Origin: a bacterium
GTDB taxonomy: Bacteria > Zhuqueibacterota > Zhuqueibacteria > Oceanimicrobiales > Oceanimicrobiaceae
Reading direction: 5' to 3'
DNA length: 57,042 nt
NCBI GenBank assembly: GCA_037446635.1
Contig: JBBIIG010000028.1
Span: 1-57,042 of the forward strand
Below are positions 37,120 through 49,729 of this stretch, piece by piece. Numbering within the stretch: the stretch's first letter is position 1; each line of letters starts with the position of its first letter. A model generated the notes under the pieces. It did not search any database. It was not told where the DNA came from and saw nothing but the letters and a program-made list of their open reading frames with translations. The position numbers were made by a program, and so were the translations under genes.

Positions 37120-38879
37120 AACACGACATCCTTGAATTTTTTGCGCATGATTTTCGTCATGAAGCGCTCCACCTCCGAAGCCTTTTCGAACTCCAACGCT
37201 TTGCGGGCGATACGCACCGCTTCCTGATGGGTGACCGAGCGGATGATGCGTTTGATTTCCGGCACCGAGAACGCGGAGACGCTGAATTCGTCAAGATCGA
37301 GGCCGAGCAGAATAAGCGTGGCCAGGGGGTCGCCGGCCATTTCGCCGCACATGCCGACCCACACTCCCTCCTGGTGGCCGGCGTTGATGATGTGCTTGAT
37401 CATCCGCAGCACCGCCGGGTGCAAATGCTTATAAAGGTAAGCGATGCGCTCGTTGCCGCGATCCACCGCCAGCAGGTACTGCACCAAATCGTTGGTGCCG
37501 ATGCTGAGAAAATCTACCTCGCGGGCGATTTTATCGGCCAGCAGCGCCGCGGAGGGCACCTCAATCATTACGCCAATTTCGATTTTTTCATCGAACGGCA
37601 GCTTTTTTTTGCGCAGCTCGTCTTTGGCCTTTTCTAACTCGGCTTTGCACTCGATGACTTCATCCAGCCCGGAGATCATGGGAAATAAAATTTTAACGTT
37701 GCCCTCTGCGCTCACCCGCAAAATGGCGCGCAACTGCTCGCGGAAAATTTCCTTGCGCTCCAGCGAGATGCGAATGGCGCGCCAGCCCAAAAATGGATTT
37801 TCCTCCGGCGGAATCAACATCGCCTGCGGCAGCTTGTCGCCGCCTAAATCCATGCTGCGAATGATCACGGGATCCGGCGCGATGCTGGCGACGATTTTGC
37901 GATATTCCTGGTACTGTTCCTCTTCGCTGGGCAGCTCGCTGCGGGCGATAAAAATGTAGTCGGTGCGGTACAAGCCCACGCCGCGCGCGCCGTGCGCCAG
38001 CGCCGATTCCACTTCATCGGAAAATTCCAAATTGGCGGAAAGCTCGATCTCTTTGCCATCGAGGGTCACGCACGGCAGGTCGCGCAGCTCCGCGAGCCGG
38101 CGCTCGGTGGCGTAATATTTTTCCTGCAGATTGCGGTAGTAGTCGATGGTCTTTTCGTCGGGCTGAATCAACACCTTGCCTTCAATGCCATCGACGATGA
38201 TGCGGTCGCCTTGCCGCGCCAGCGCCGAGATGCAGCGCAGGCCCACCACGGCCGGCACGTTCATGGAGCGCGACATGATGGCCACGTGCGAGGTGCGGCC
38301 ACCTAAATCGGTGGCAAACCCCTGAACTTTGCGGCGATCCAGCATCACGGTATCGGAGGGGGTTAAATCGCGGGCAACGATGATGGCCGAGCCTTCAAGT
38401 TTGCTGAGGTAATCGGTGCGATCACCCTGAATGTGGCGAATCACCCTGCGCTTGACGTCCTTCAGGTCGGAAATCCGACTTTGGAAATATTCCACGGCGC
38501 TTTCGTCGAGGGTGTTCTGATATTTCTCGATGGTGTCGTAAAAAGCGTTTTCGGCGCTTTTGTGCTCACGCTTAATGCTGCGGATGGTTTCTTCGATGAC
38601 GACGCTATCTTCGAGGATCAACTGGTGGACATCGAAAATGCGGGCGCTCTCCTGGCCGATGCGCTGCGCCACCCGGTTTTGCAAAGTCTTGAGCTCGCTT
38701 TTGGCCTTTTGAATTGCTTTATGAAATTTCTCAATCTCCGCTTCCACCTCGCTGTGCTCGATGCGGGTGCGGTTGATCTTCACGGCCTCGCCTTCCAGCA
38801 CAAAGACTTTGGAAATAGAAATGCCCGGCGACGCGCCGATGCCCTTCAACACATAACTTTCTTTTTGCGCCTTAGCCAT
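37116..38879 (-). CDS. ptsI: phosphoenolpyruvate-protein phosphotransferase (PTS enzyme I)
   Basis: GGRTSHVAI, EENPFLGWRAIR, SIGTNDL.QY, MCGEMAGD. Confidence 0.96.
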   Translation of the reverse strand: MAKAQKESYVLKGIGASPGISISKVFVLEGEAVKINRTRIEHSEVEAEIEKFHKAIQKAKSELKTLQNRVAQRIGQESARIFDVHQLILEDSVVIEETIRSIKREHKSAENAFYDTIEKYQNTLDESAVEYFQSRISDLKDVKRRVIRHIQGDRTDYLSKLEGSAIIVARDLTPSDTVMLDRRKVQGFATDLGGRTSHVAIMSRSMNVPAVVGLRCISALARQGDRIIVDGIEGKVLIQPDEKTIDYYRNLQEKYYATERRLAELRDLPCVTLDGKEIELSANLEFSDEVESALAHGARGVGLYRTDYIFIARSELPSEEEQYQEYRKIVASIAPDPVIIRSMDLGGDKLPQAMLIPPEENPFLGWRAIRISLERKEIFREQLRAILRVSAEGNVKILFPMISGLDEVIECKAELEKAKDELRKKKLPFDEKIEIGVMIEVPSAALLADKIAREVDFLSIGTNDLVQYLLAVDRGNERIAYLYKHLHPAVLRMIKHIINAGHQEGVWVGMCGEMAGDPLATLILLGLDLDEFSVSAFSVPEIKRIIRSVTHQEAVRIARKALEFEKASEVERFMTKIMRKKFKDVVL

Positions 38880-39145
38880 TATTCCTCGTCAAACTTGTTC
38901 TCAATGAGATCGACCAACGCTTCCATCGCCGCCTCTTCGTCCTCGCCGTTTACGGTCAGCACTAGCACGCTGCCCTGCTCCGCGGCCAACATCATCACCC
39001 CCATGATACTTTTGCCATTTACCTCGTGCTCGTTGCGCCCCACAAACACATCGGATTTGAACTTCGCAGCGGTTTTCACAAACTGCGCCGCTGGACGAGC
39101 GTGCAGTCCTAATTTATTTTTAATCTCAACCGAACGTTGAATCAT
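38879..39145 (-). CDS. ptsH: phosphocarrier protein HPr
   Basis: GLHARPAA, NGKSIMGVMML. Confidence 0.96.
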   Translation of the reverse strand: MIQRSVEIKNKLGLHARPAAQFVKTAAKFKSDVFVGRNEHEVNGKSIMGVMMLAAEQGSVLVLTVNGEDEEAAMEALVDLIENKFDEE

Positions 39146-39220
39146 GCCTTGAAGGTTTCGTGATTTAGCTTACCTGCCATTTTCAATATCGGAAACAGTT
39201 TTGATTTCAAAAGCATCCGG

Positions 39221-39964
39221 CTAAAAAATCAAGCCGGCCGTGAGTCCTAAAAGCAGCAGCATCGCCAACGCCAAGGGCGCCGCAATTTTCCATTTAATAA
39301 AAATGATCATTAAAATCAACCCACAAATAAACGCGCCGGCTTCCGGTAAGCCGCCGGCGGTTTTTTCCGAAATTAAAAAATAAACAACCAAAAACCCGCC
39401 GACGAAGCTGCCGGCGTTGCTCAACAAATGAACGGCGAATTGGTACTTTGCTAAAGGGATGGTTTTGACCAGTTCCCCCCCGCTGCGATACCCGAACGCC
39501 AGACCGTGTCCGCGCACGAAAATATGCGGCAAGTTATAAACGATCAAAAAAGCCGCCAGCCCAGTAAACGCGTCGTGAAGACTCAAAATCATACCCAGCA
39601 TCGCGGAGAGGGGTTTGAGGCGGCGCCACATCAACGAGTCGCCCACTGCGCCCAGCGAGCGGCTCAGGTGTGTTTTGATTTTTTCGATCTCCGCCGGCGC
39701 AACTTTCCCCTTTTGCGCCTGCTCCTCCATTTTCAAAGACGCGCCCAGGACGTAACTGGCAAAATAGGGATGGGTATTGAAAAACCCCAGATTGCGCCGC
39801 AGGTAGTCGCCCCGCTGGACGGTAGTTTGAAAAATTTTTTTGATACGCGGCACTGCGCTGAAACAGAAGCCGAGGCTCAACATGCGCTCACGGTTCCAGG
39901 ATGCCTGTATGAACAGCGAGCGCCAGGTGATGTGCAAAAAATCGATAATGTTTAGTCTCATCAA
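39221..39964 (-). CDS. PTS mannose/fructose/sorbose family IID component
   Basis: QASWNRERM..LGF, FFNTHP, LGAVGDSLMW. Confidence 0.9.
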   Translation of the reverse strand: MMRLNIIDFLHITWRSLFIQASWNRERMLSLGFCFSAVPRIKKIFQTTVQRGDYLRRNLGFFNTHPYFASYVLGASLKMEEQAQKGKVAPAEIEKIKTHLSRSLGAVGDSLMWRRLKPLSAMLGMILSLHDAFTGLAAFLIVYNLPHIFVRGHGLAFGYRSGGELVKTIPLAKYQFAVHLLSNAGSFVGGFLVVYFLISEKTAGGLPEAGAFICGLILMIIFIKWKIAAPLALAMLLLLGLTAGLIF

Positions 39965-40647
39965 ATGATCAGATCAAAAATTAAATAAACCGCGCCCAAC
40001 CCAGCGCCGAAGATCATGAACCGCAGCGTGCGCCGATTCACAAAAAGCCAGAGCGCCGCGCCAGCGCCCGCACCCAAAAGCAGCGGCGGAATGAACTCGC
40101 CGCGAAAGCTCACCGCCGAAGTCATCGTCGAAAAAAAAGATTTCCACAAAACCACGGCGAAGAGAAAAAACAAACCGCAGAGCGCGGCCCCAAAAACCAG
40201 CGCCAGTCCGGCAGCGGAATACTGCAGCCGCGAAATTCTCTGCAAATTGCCGTCATCGCCAGCGGCGTCGGCCTTCTTCACCAAATGCAAGTTAATGCGC
40301 CGCAAGCCATCCTGCAGGGGGATGCCCACCCAGCTCACCGCCACGCCAATTAATAAAGCATAAGCGAACGCGAGATCATATTGCCCGGTCAAATGCACCG
40401 CAACGCCGGCGGCGAGATATGCGCCGACGTTTCCCAGCGCCACTTTAGTGCCGCCCACCGGAATCTCCACCAAGTAGGGCAATTGCAAAATCAGACCGAC
40501 GGCAAGACCCAGCGGCCAATTTCCCAAAATGGCGCCGGCGGCGGTGCAGGCCGCCAACGGCTGCGAGATCATGAACTGGCCCACGGCGTCGGTATCCAAA
40601 TAAACCAGCCCGCCGATCAGACAAAAAAGCGCGAAGTCCCATCCCAT
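39961..40647 (-). CDS. PTS mannose/fructose/sorbose family IIC component
   Basis: LD....QFMISQPL, G....GL..G..LQL, PVGG. Confidence 0.88.
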   Translation of the reverse strand: MGWDFALFCLIGGLVYLDTDAVGQFMISQPLAACTAAGAILGNWPLGLAVGLILQLPYLVEIPVGGTKVALGNVGAYLAAGVAVHLTGQYDLAFAYALLIGVAVSWVGIPLQDGLRRINLHLVKKADAAGDDGNLQRISRLQYSAAGLALVFGAALCGLFFLFAVVLWKSFFSTMTSAVSFRGEFIPPLLLGAGAGAALWLFVNRRTLRFMIFGAGLGAVYLIFDLII

Positions 40648-40654
40648 GGCTATT

Positions 40655-41632
40655 TCAGAACCGTCGATTTGAGATGAAGGCTATCAGATTTTTGAGCTCG
40701 TTTTTTGCCTCTGAAGCGGGCAGGATATCGAGGCTGGCGGCCGCCGCGTCTAAGTATTGCTGGGTGCGCTGCTGCGCCGCGGCCAGAGCGCCGCAGCGCT
40801 GGAATAACTCTTTTACTTGTAAGATGTCAGCACGCTCGATGGTGGGTTTCAGGAAAATTTCCTGTAACTGCGCCGCGCTTTGGGAGTCGCCAAGGGTCAA
40901 AGCGTGGATGGAAAGGTAGGTTTGCTTTTTGCGCATGACGTCGCTGCCGTTGGTTTTGCCCATCACCTCCTGCGCGGAGGTGATGTCCAGCACATCGTCC
41001 TGGATTTGAAAAGCGAGCCCGAGATTGGCAGCAAATTGACCCAGTGCCTCCACCTGCGCCGGCGCGCCGTTTCCGATGATCGCGCCGATGCGCGCTGACA
41101 GGTCCAGCAAGGCGGCGGTTTTTTTACGAATCATGATCAGATATTCGTCCAACGAAACATCGCGCCGGCTTTCGAATTCGCGGTCGAGCGCCTGGCCCTC
41201 GCAGATTTCGATGAGGCCGTCGGTAAAAATCGCCGCTGCCTCCGCTATTCGCGGCGAGGGCGTTCGCAGCAGAGCCTGATAAGCCAGCGCCAGCAAGCCG
41301 TCGCCGGCCAGCAGCGCCACCGGCACGTCCCATTTTTTATGAACGGTGGGCCGGCCGCGGCGGGTGTCGTCGTTGTCCATGATGTCATCGTGTATAAGAG
41401 TAAAGTTATGAAGCAGCTCCACGGCCACGGCGGCATAGGTGGCTGCTGCCGCAGCGCCGCCAACCGCTTGGCAGGACAGGATGACCAGCACCGGCCGAAT
41501 GCGCTTTCCGCCTCCCTCCAAAACATAACGAATGGGCTCGTAAAGGCTGAACGGAGTGTTACCGGCAAAAAGCTGTTTTAGCTGTTCGTTGATGAGTTTT
41601 TGCAGGCGATCCAATTTAGACAGACCCTTCAT
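40655..41632 (-). CDS. polyprenyl (geranylgeranyl/farnesyl) diphosphate synthase
   Basis: GGKRIRP, LIHDDIMD.D..RRGRPT, FQIQDDVLD. Confidence 0.94.
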   Translation of the reverse strand: MKGLSKLDRLQKLINEQLKQLFAGNTPFSLYEPIRYVLEGGGKRIRPVLVILSCQAVGGAAAAATYAAVAVELLHNFTLIHDDIMDNDDTRRGRPTVHKKWDVPVALLAGDGLLALAYQALLRTPSPRIAEAAAIFTDGLIEICEGQALDREFESRRDVSLDEYLIMIRKKTAALLDLSARIGAIIGNGAPAQVEALGQFAANLGLAFQIQDDVLDITSAQEVMGKTNGSDVMRKKQTYLSIHALTLGDSQSAAQLQEIFLKPTIERADILQVKELFQRCGALAAAQQRTQQYLDAAAASLDILPASEAKNELKNLIAFISNRRF

Positions 41633-41786
41633 TAGTCGGTTAATTTTTTAACAGTTAGATTGACGCAAAAATCGAGAACGAAAATAGAGATTTCGGTCTT
41701 CAGAATCAAGCAAAAGTTGGGGAAAAATTGCTTGCCAGTTTTGCCTTGCTTTCCTATATTGTCATCGTTATTCGGCTATGACTAAA

Positions 41787-42011
41787 ATGTATTCACGCGA
41801 AGAAAACATATAAGCTGCTCGATTATTTCGAGTGGCGAGTCTCGCCACTCAGAAGGATATTTACGAGCTAAAGCTGGAAATTGAGAAGATTCGAACAGAA
41901 TTGCAGACGGATATCGAAAAGGTCCGGGCGGATTTGCTCAAATGGCATTTTGGGTTCCGGCTCAGTCAGGTGGCGCTGTTGACGGAAATTTTGTTCAAAT
42001 TGCTGGGTTAA
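41787..42011 (+). pseudogene. internally deleted tandem copy of the DUF1640-like gene
   Basis: Starts MYSREE and ends ...DIEKVRADLLKWHFGFRLSQVALLTEILFKLLG*; several deletions relative to 42018-42311. Confidence 0.8.
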
Positions 42012-42017
42012 TGCAAA

Positions 42018-42311
42018 ATGTACTCTCGAGAAGAAACTTTAGAGATTCTAAAAGAAAAATTTGAAATCGAGAAAGCGTACAAGCTGCTCGATTATTTCGA
42101 GTCGCGAGTCCGAACTGACGTTGCAACCCAAAAAGACATCTATGAATTGAAGCTGGAAATCGAGCGTGTGCGCGCAGATATTGAAAAAGTTCGAGCAGAA
42201 TTGCTGACGGATATCGAAAAGGTGCGGGCGGATTTATTAAAATGGCATTTTGGATTCTGGCTCAGTCAAGTGGCGCTGTTGACAGGAATTTTGTTTAAGG
42301 TTTTCAGTTGA
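42018..42311 (+). CDS. DUF1640/CCDC90-like coiled-coil protein with C-terminal TM
   Basis: VATQKDI, repeated IE(K/R)VRA(D/E), LLKW..G..-hydrophobic tail. Confidence 0.75.
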   Translation: MYSREETLEILKEKFEIEKAYKLLDYFESRVRTDVATQKDIYELKLEIERVRADIEKVRAELLTDIEKVRADLLKWHFGFWLSQVALLTGILFKVFS

Positions 42312-42318
42312 ACACTGA

Positions 42319-43536
<1,218 letters not shown>

Positions 43537-43585
43537 CGCAAAATTCGAAAAAGTAAATTTTCTTTTGGCACGTTTAGGTTAAAAC

Positions 43586-43764
43586 TAAAATCCGAAATAC
43601 GAATGCCGAAACTCGAAACAAATTCAAAAACCAAAATTCTAAACATTGTCAATCCGCTTTCTCGGAAAAGCAACCTTGCCAGCGGGAAGGTGCTTCAGTT
43701 TTCCCCATTAGATATTCGAAATTTTGGATTTGTTTCGTATTTCGAGTTTCGACATTCGGATTTA
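43586..43764. repeat. inverted element built of 7-bp ..CGAA tandem units
   Basis: AAATCCGAAATACGAATGCCGAAACTCGAAACAAAT ... ATTTGTTTCGTATTTCGAGTTTCGACATTCGGATTT. Confidence 0.8.
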
Positions 43765-43790
43765 CAAAAAATAACGCCATGAGCAATCAT

Positions 43791-45068
43791 TCATTCGTAG
43801 CGCAGCGCCTCAATGGGATCGAGGCGAGCGGCTTTGTACGCCGGGTAAATTCCAAAAAAAATCCCCACAATGGAAGAGAAAAATAGCGCGACAAAAACCG
43901 ACGACACTTGAATGTGAGCTGGAAGCGGCGAAATGGCCGCAATGACTTTCGCAACTCCAAACCCGAGGGCCATCCCGATGAGCCCGCCCACCGCGCTGAT
44001 CACCACCGACTCGATGAGAAATTGCCGCAGCACATCCCGCCGGCGCGCCCCGATGGCCTTGCGCACGCCAATCTCGCGGGTGCGTTCGGTCACCGCCACC
44101 AACATGATGTTCATAATGCCGATGCCGCCCACCAAGAGCGAAATAGCGCCGATGCCCACCGCCACCGCGTACAGGCCGGCGGTCAGGCTTTTGTACAAGT
44201 TGGTGAGCACATCCTGTTGATTGATGGCAAAGTCGTCTTCCTTCCAGGCCGGCACTTTCCGCACCCGGCGCAAAATACCCCGCAGCTCATCTTTGGCTTC
44301 TTCAATAATTTTCGGATCCACCACCCGCACGCGAATCATCAACGAGCGGCGCGTGCCATAGGCTTTGTAAAACGCGCCAATGGGGAGGTAAATATTGGCG
44401 TCCAAATTCTCGCCTAAAATCTCTCCGCGCTTCTCCAGAACCCCAACCACATAAAACGGGTGGCCGCCCACAAAAATTTTCTTGCCCAAAGCATCTTCAT
44501 ATTCAAACAGCTTTTGCGCAATCTCCCAACCCAGCACGCAAACGTTGCGGCGGTGTTCGACTTCGAAGGCGGTCATAAAACGGCCGTATTCCGGGTAGGC
44601 GTTGGCCACGTCTTTGTACTGATCGTTGGTGCCATTCACGTTCACACTGCTGAGAGTTTTGCTGCCGTATTCCACCGTGCGATTGGCCCAGGCGATGGGC
44701 GCCAGCGCCCGCACCAGCGTGGCATTTTGCGCAATGGCTTCCACCTCTTTCAACGTGATGTCTTTGCGATTACGGTATTTGAAAAATTCCAGGCCGACCG
44801 TCCAAGGCACTTTGGTGATATAGAGGTTATCGGAGCCAAGATTGGAGATTTGATCGGAGAAAGCGCTATCGAGACCGTTGATAATGGTGAGAATGATGAT
44901 GATCAGAGCTACGCCGATGAGGATGCCCAGCGTAGTAAGAATGGTGCGCAATTTGTTGGCGCGCAGGGAGCTGAACGCCATCTTGATGCTCTCCCAGTGC
45001 CAAAGCCAAAAAAGGATGCGGAGGAAGCGCAGGATCCGAGAGGGAATGGGGGAATCCGTGTTGGTCAT
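43791..45068 (-). CDS. ABC transporter permease (MacB/FtsX family)
   Basis: NKLRTILTTLGILIG, GGIGIMNIMLVAVTERTREIG; start uncertain. Confidence 0.94.
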   Translation of the reverse strand: MTNTDSPIPSRILRFLRILFWLWHWESIKMAFSSLRANKLRTILTTLGILIGVALIIIILTIINGLDSAFSDQISNLGSDNLYITKVPWTVGLEFFKYRNRKDITLKEVEAIAQNATLVRALAPIAWANRTVEYGSKTLSSVNVNGTNDQYKDVANAYPEYGRFMTAFEVEHRRNVCVLGWEIAQKLFEYEDALGKKIFVGGHPFYVVGVLEKRGEILGENLDANIYLPIGAFYKAYGTRRSLMIRVRVVDPKIIEEAKDELRGILRRVRKVPAWKEDDFAINQQDVLTNLYKSLTAGLYAVAVGIGAISLLVGGIGIMNIMLVAVTERTREIGVRKAIGARRRDVLRQFLIESVVISAVGGLIGMALGFGVAKVIAAISPLPAHIQVSSVFVALFFSSIVGIFFGIYPAYKAARLDPIEALRYE

Positions 45069-45091
45069 AATCTTACATCGTGATCAAATAG

Positions 45092-45162
45092 AATGGAGTG
45101 TTGGATCAATGATCCATTACTCCAATACTCCAATACTCCATTACTTCAGCACTCCAACTCCA
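45092..45162. repeat. 8-bp TCCAATAC tandem/palindromic repeat, same family as 19712-19827
   Basis: AATGGAGTGTTGGA...TCCATTAC TCCAATAC TCCAATAC TCCATTAC. Confidence 0.75.
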
Positions 45163-45213
45163 AAAACTTCGATCTGCATTTTGGAAATAAAACCAGCCAG
45201 GCCGCGCCAATCA

Positions 45214-45912
<699 letters not shown>

Positions 45913-46057
45913 ACTGGCTTTCTCCTCAAATCTTCTAAAAAACGGAGTGCAATGCTTTAGCATTGCAGTCATGATTCATCACAAAATCCCCAACTGAGTT
46001 TCGGTTCAAAATACACGGCTGCAAAACCTATGGGATCGGTTCGAAGGTTCTGCAAGC

Positions 46058-47368
46058 TCAGGACTCCCCCCCTTCTTTTTTGGTAAATTTTTTGACTTTA
46101 TTATTGATCTTAATTTTGCTGCCGTCTTTCAACAAATTACTTAACGCGCGGAAGCTGCCGGTGATCACCTCTTCATCGCCTTCGAGGCCGCGCACGATCT
46201 CCACATTCTTGTCGCTGCTGATGCCGGTGTCCACCGGTTTCATGGCGGCTCGGCCATCTTTGACGACGAACACCACTTGCACCAGCTTCTCTTTCTCGGC
46301 GTCTTTCTTTGCAGCGTTGCCGTTGGCGCCTTCGGAATTATCCGGACCCCATAGCTCTGCATTTTCATCACGGGTCGAACCCTTTTTACGGCGCCAGGTT
46401 TTTTTACTAAACTCGCCGACCGCGCTGGTGGTATCGATGGGCTCGCGCATGGTGATGGCTTGAATGGGAACATAGAACACATCTTTATGAGTCTCGGTTT
46501 TGATGTCCACTGTCGCCGACATGCCGGGCCGCAGTTTCTCCACGTCGCCGGTGATAAAAATTTTCACATCGAAGTTGGTGACTTCTTCCTGAGTGCCGCG
46601 GCCGCGGGTGGTTGCGGTGTGGGCGATTTCGCTGACGAGGCCGCGAAATTTCTGATCGGGCAGGGCGTCCACGGCAATATCCGCGCTGTCCCCCAACGAC
46701 ACCAGCACCACGTCGTTTTCATCGATTTCCGCCACCATCTCCATTCTGGTGAGGTCGGCAACGGTCATAATCACGTCCGCCTGAAATTGCGATCCCAGCG
46801 CAATCTCGCCCTCCTCTTTGTCTAATTTGGCGACGATGCCATCAATAGGCGAAGTGAGCCGGGTTTTGGACAAGTCATCGCGCGCCTGCTTCAACACCGC
46901 TTGCGCTTGTTCCACGCCGCTTTCAGCCAATTCATAATTTGCTTCGGCTGTCTCCAGCTCGGCTTCGGAAAACAGTTTCCTGGCGAACAGCTCTTTTGCG
47001 CGGCTCAACTCGCTCTGAGCTTTTTTGAGATTGGCTTGCGCCGATTTTAAATCGGACTTGGCGCGCTCGAGGGCGGCTTCATAGCGGTTGCGATCCAACT
47101 CCACCAGCAGTTGCCCGGCGGCAACCTGATCGCCTTCTTTCACATGCAGCCGTTTGATCTCGGCGCTCACAAACGCCGAGATCTTCACTTCTTTTTGTGG
47201 TTGAATTTTTCCGGAACCGGAAACCAACTGGGTGATATCCCCGCGCGCCACTTTAGTGGTTTGCACCTCGATGACGTCGCCGCGCGCCTTTTTTAAATTA
47301 ACAAAGACCAGCACGGCGATTGCCGTCAACGCGCCGACGGCAATCAGCAACTTCGTCTTTTTCGACAT
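46058..47368 (-). CDS. efflux periplasmic adaptor (MacA/HlyD family)
   Basis: N-terminal anchor, VKEGDQV..GQLL, coiled coil, LRPGMSA. Confidence 0.94.
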   Translation of the reverse strand: MSKKTKLLIAVGALTAIAVLVFVNLKKARGDVIEVQTTKVARGDITQLVSGSGKIQPQKEVKISAFVSAEIKRLHVKEGDQVAAGQLLVELDRNRYEAALERAKSDLKSAQANLKKAQSELSRAKELFARKLFSEAELETAEANYELAESGVEQAQAVLKQARDDLSKTRLTSPIDGIVAKLDKEEGEIALGSQFQADVIMTVADLTRMEMVAEIDENDVVLVSLGDSADIAVDALPDQKFRGLVSEIAHTATTRGRGTQEEVTNFDVKIFITGDVEKLRPGMSATVDIKTETHKDVFYVPIQAITMREPIDTTSAVGEFSKKTWRRKKGSTRDENAELWGPDNSEGANGNAAKKDAEKEKLVQVVFVVKDGRAAMKPVDTGISSDKNVEIVRGLEGDEEVITGSFRALSNLLKDGSKIKINNKVKKFTKKEGGES

Positions 47369-47405
47369 AGCACCCTTTCTCCCAATATAGTGAACTCATT
47401 TTTTT

Positions 47406-48839
47406 TCACTTTGCACTTTCAATCGTTCCCATGGCCGCCTCTAACTGTGCCTGAGCAATTAAGGCATCATACCTGGAGTTGACCAAATTCACACGGGCGC
47501 GAGTCAAAGAAACCTGCGCCTCGGTCACCTCCAACTGGGTGCCAGCGCCGACGCGGTAGCGCTCCTGCGCCAAACGATAATCTTCCTCCGCTGAGCGCAG
47601 ATTTCTTTCATTGATTGCCGAAATTTCCTGATAGGCTTTAAGATTCAAATACGCCTGTTTGACCTCGAGGCGCAGCGTGCGCTGACGGTTGAGATGGCTT
47701 TCGCGGGCAATGGAATAATTGGCCGTCTGCCGGCTCACTTCCGCTTTATCCGCGAAACCATTAAAAATGTTGAAGTCGAGACTGGCGCCAACGTTGACAA
47801 AATAGTTTTCGCTAAAATTACCATACACTCGGCTGAATTGCTCGTTGTCGCGCGAATAAACCGCGCTCACCCCGATGGTGGGCCAAAAGCGCGCTTTGGC
47901 GGATTTTCTACCCTGCTCAGCGCTCTCCATCTCATACTCGAAGCGTTTGAGATCCGGGTTATTTTGCTCGGCGGTGCGAATGGCCTCCTCCATCGTAAAC
48001 GCTGGCGGCGCGGCCGCAATTTCAACGTCTTGAATCTCGATCGCCTCCTCCGGGTCGCGGCCCATCGCCACATTCAAATTACCTTTAGCAATGGCGACCA
48101 CGTTTTTTTGATTGATGAGACTCACCTCGTCCGTGCCCAAAATGACTTCCTGGCGATAGACATCGATCTGCGCGACGGAGCCGATTTCATACATGCTCTG
48201 GGTGCGGCGAAGCTGCTCTCGGCTGCGCTCCACCGCCAACTGGAATTCCTGCTCCAGCTTTGTGGCCTTCAACAACTCCAGGTAGCGTTGATGGACGGTG
48301 GCATACACCGCATTTCTGGCCGAAGCCAAATTTTGAGACGCGGCCTCGAAGCCGGCTTTAGCCTGTTTGATGGTGTGAATGCTGCGGCCGAAATCCCACA
48401 ACGTTTGATTATAACTAATGGAGAATTGATGGTTGTTGAACGATTGGGTTGGCGAGGTGCTCTGAACGCGCTGCACAACTTGTTGTTGAGTTTCCGGATC
48501 AATCAATGGAACGAAAATCGTGACTGGTTGCCCATTGACATCCACAAGCGTCGCTTGCGTAACCTGCGGTATATTCCGCAAATTCGTGCTGGCCCCCACC
48601 GTGGAGCGATCGGATTGGAAACTGCTGTTGATGCGCGGCAAAAACGTCGAATACGAGGCGGTGACATCCGCGCCCGAGCGGTCCACCTGATAAGCAGCGT
48701 TTTTATATTCCGAATTATTTTTTAAGGCAATCTCGACGCACTGCTCGAGGGTGAGCGCCTGTCCGTTTTGGGCATAACCATAACTCAGACTTAAACCTAA
48801 AACCAAACCCGCGATTGCCATAAACTTGAAAGACTTCAT
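47406..48839 (-). CDS. TolC family outer-membrane protein
   Basis: LTLEQCVEIALKNN, RYRVGAGTQLEV..AQ, two helical repeats. Confidence 0.93.
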   Translation of the reverse strand: MKSFKFMAIAGLVLGLSLSYGYAQNGQALTLEQCVEIALKNNSEYKNAAYQVDRSGADVTASYSTFLPRINSSFQSDRSTVGASTNLRNIPQVTQATLVDVNGQPVTIFVPLIDPETQQQVVQRVQSTSPTQSFNNHQFSISYNQTLWDFGRSIHTIKQAKAGFEAASQNLASARNAVYATVHQRYLELLKATKLEQEFQLAVERSREQLRRTQSMYEIGSVAQIDVYRQEVILGTDEVSLINQKNVVAIAKGNLNVAMGRDPEEAIEIQDVEIAAAPPAFTMEEAIRTAEQNNPDLKRFEYEMESAEQGRKSAKARFWPTIGVSAVYSRDNEQFSRVYGNFSENYFVNVGASLDFNIFNGFADKAEVSRQTANYSIARESHLNRQRTLRLEVKQAYLNLKAYQEISAINERNLRSAEEDYRLAQERYRVGAGTQLEVTEAQVSLTRARVNLVNSRYDALIAQAQLEAAMGTIESAK

Positions 48840-48864
48840 TTTTAAACTACTCCTTTTTTAAATA

Positions 48865-49602
48865 TTATGAAAATAAACCGGCCAATGCCGAGGCAACCAC
48901 CGCGTAGGTGGCATACACTGCCGTCACGGCAACGGCGACCTTTTGCGTCTTCATTTTGTAAATAACCGCCAGCCCAATCGAATATACCGCAATCCACCAG
49001 ATGTAGAAAAGATCGATCTTGGCTAAGAGTTGATATAAGAAAGTGGTTCTTGCTTCATCGGACATAAACGTCGCCAGCGAAAAATTGACCAACATGGTTT
49101 CCTTGGCTAAAATCAACGGCAGGAGGATCAACCCGTACACGCTCAAAATTAACCACGACCAGGCGGTCACCGCAAACACCTTTTTGAACGTTGCCTTGCC
49201 GCCGAGGATAACGTTGCCCACAAACATCATCACGCCTGCGATGATCACTAAAATGATCATCGGGACCACCACGCCCCAGACTTTCATAAACGGCCCGGAC
49301 ATAAACTTTTGGGTGGATTCCAGGGTTTGGTCAATCTTTTCCTGATCGACACCGCGTTCCATCATGGTTTTTTCTTGCTGCTGCAGCGTCTCGTTGAGAA
49401 TCACCTCGCCGGCGACGAACATGAAAACCAAATTGATAGCGGCAATGATCACCAGAGGAATGATCCAATTGGGGTTGGCATCGATGCGGGCAAAGGTTTT
49501 AGCGGGCGATGTAAAAACACCAATGATCGTTTGCAAAACGTTGAGGGATTCGCCGGCCGGTTTCTCAACCACGGTTTCGGTGTTCATAATCCTCTTCTCC
49601 AT
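48865..49602 (-). CDS. Yip1 family membrane protein
   Basis: GVFTSPAKTF....PNWIIP, multiple TMs; head of the efflux operon. Confidence 0.85.
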   Translation of the reverse strand: MEKRIMNTETVVEKPAGESLNVLQTIIGVFTSPAKTFARIDANPNWIIPLVIIAAINLVFMFVAGEVILNETLQQQEKTMMERGVDQEKIDQTLESTQKFMSGPFMKVWGVVVPMIILVIIAGVMMFVGNVILGGKATFKKVFAVTAWSWLILSVYGLILLPLILAKETMLVNFSLATFMSDEARTTFLYQLLAKIDLFYIWWIAVYSIGLAVIYKMKTQKVAVAVTAVYATYAVVASALAGLFS

Positions 49603-49729
49603 CCTTAAGATTTTTAAATTGTTTGGACACTGGTGATTAGCCGAGAGTAAGAAACGAACATGGTTTTAAAAAGTTTCGACAATGATTTTCTGGTGTAATA
49701 TACAAAAATACTGATTTTTTTCAAACCCT

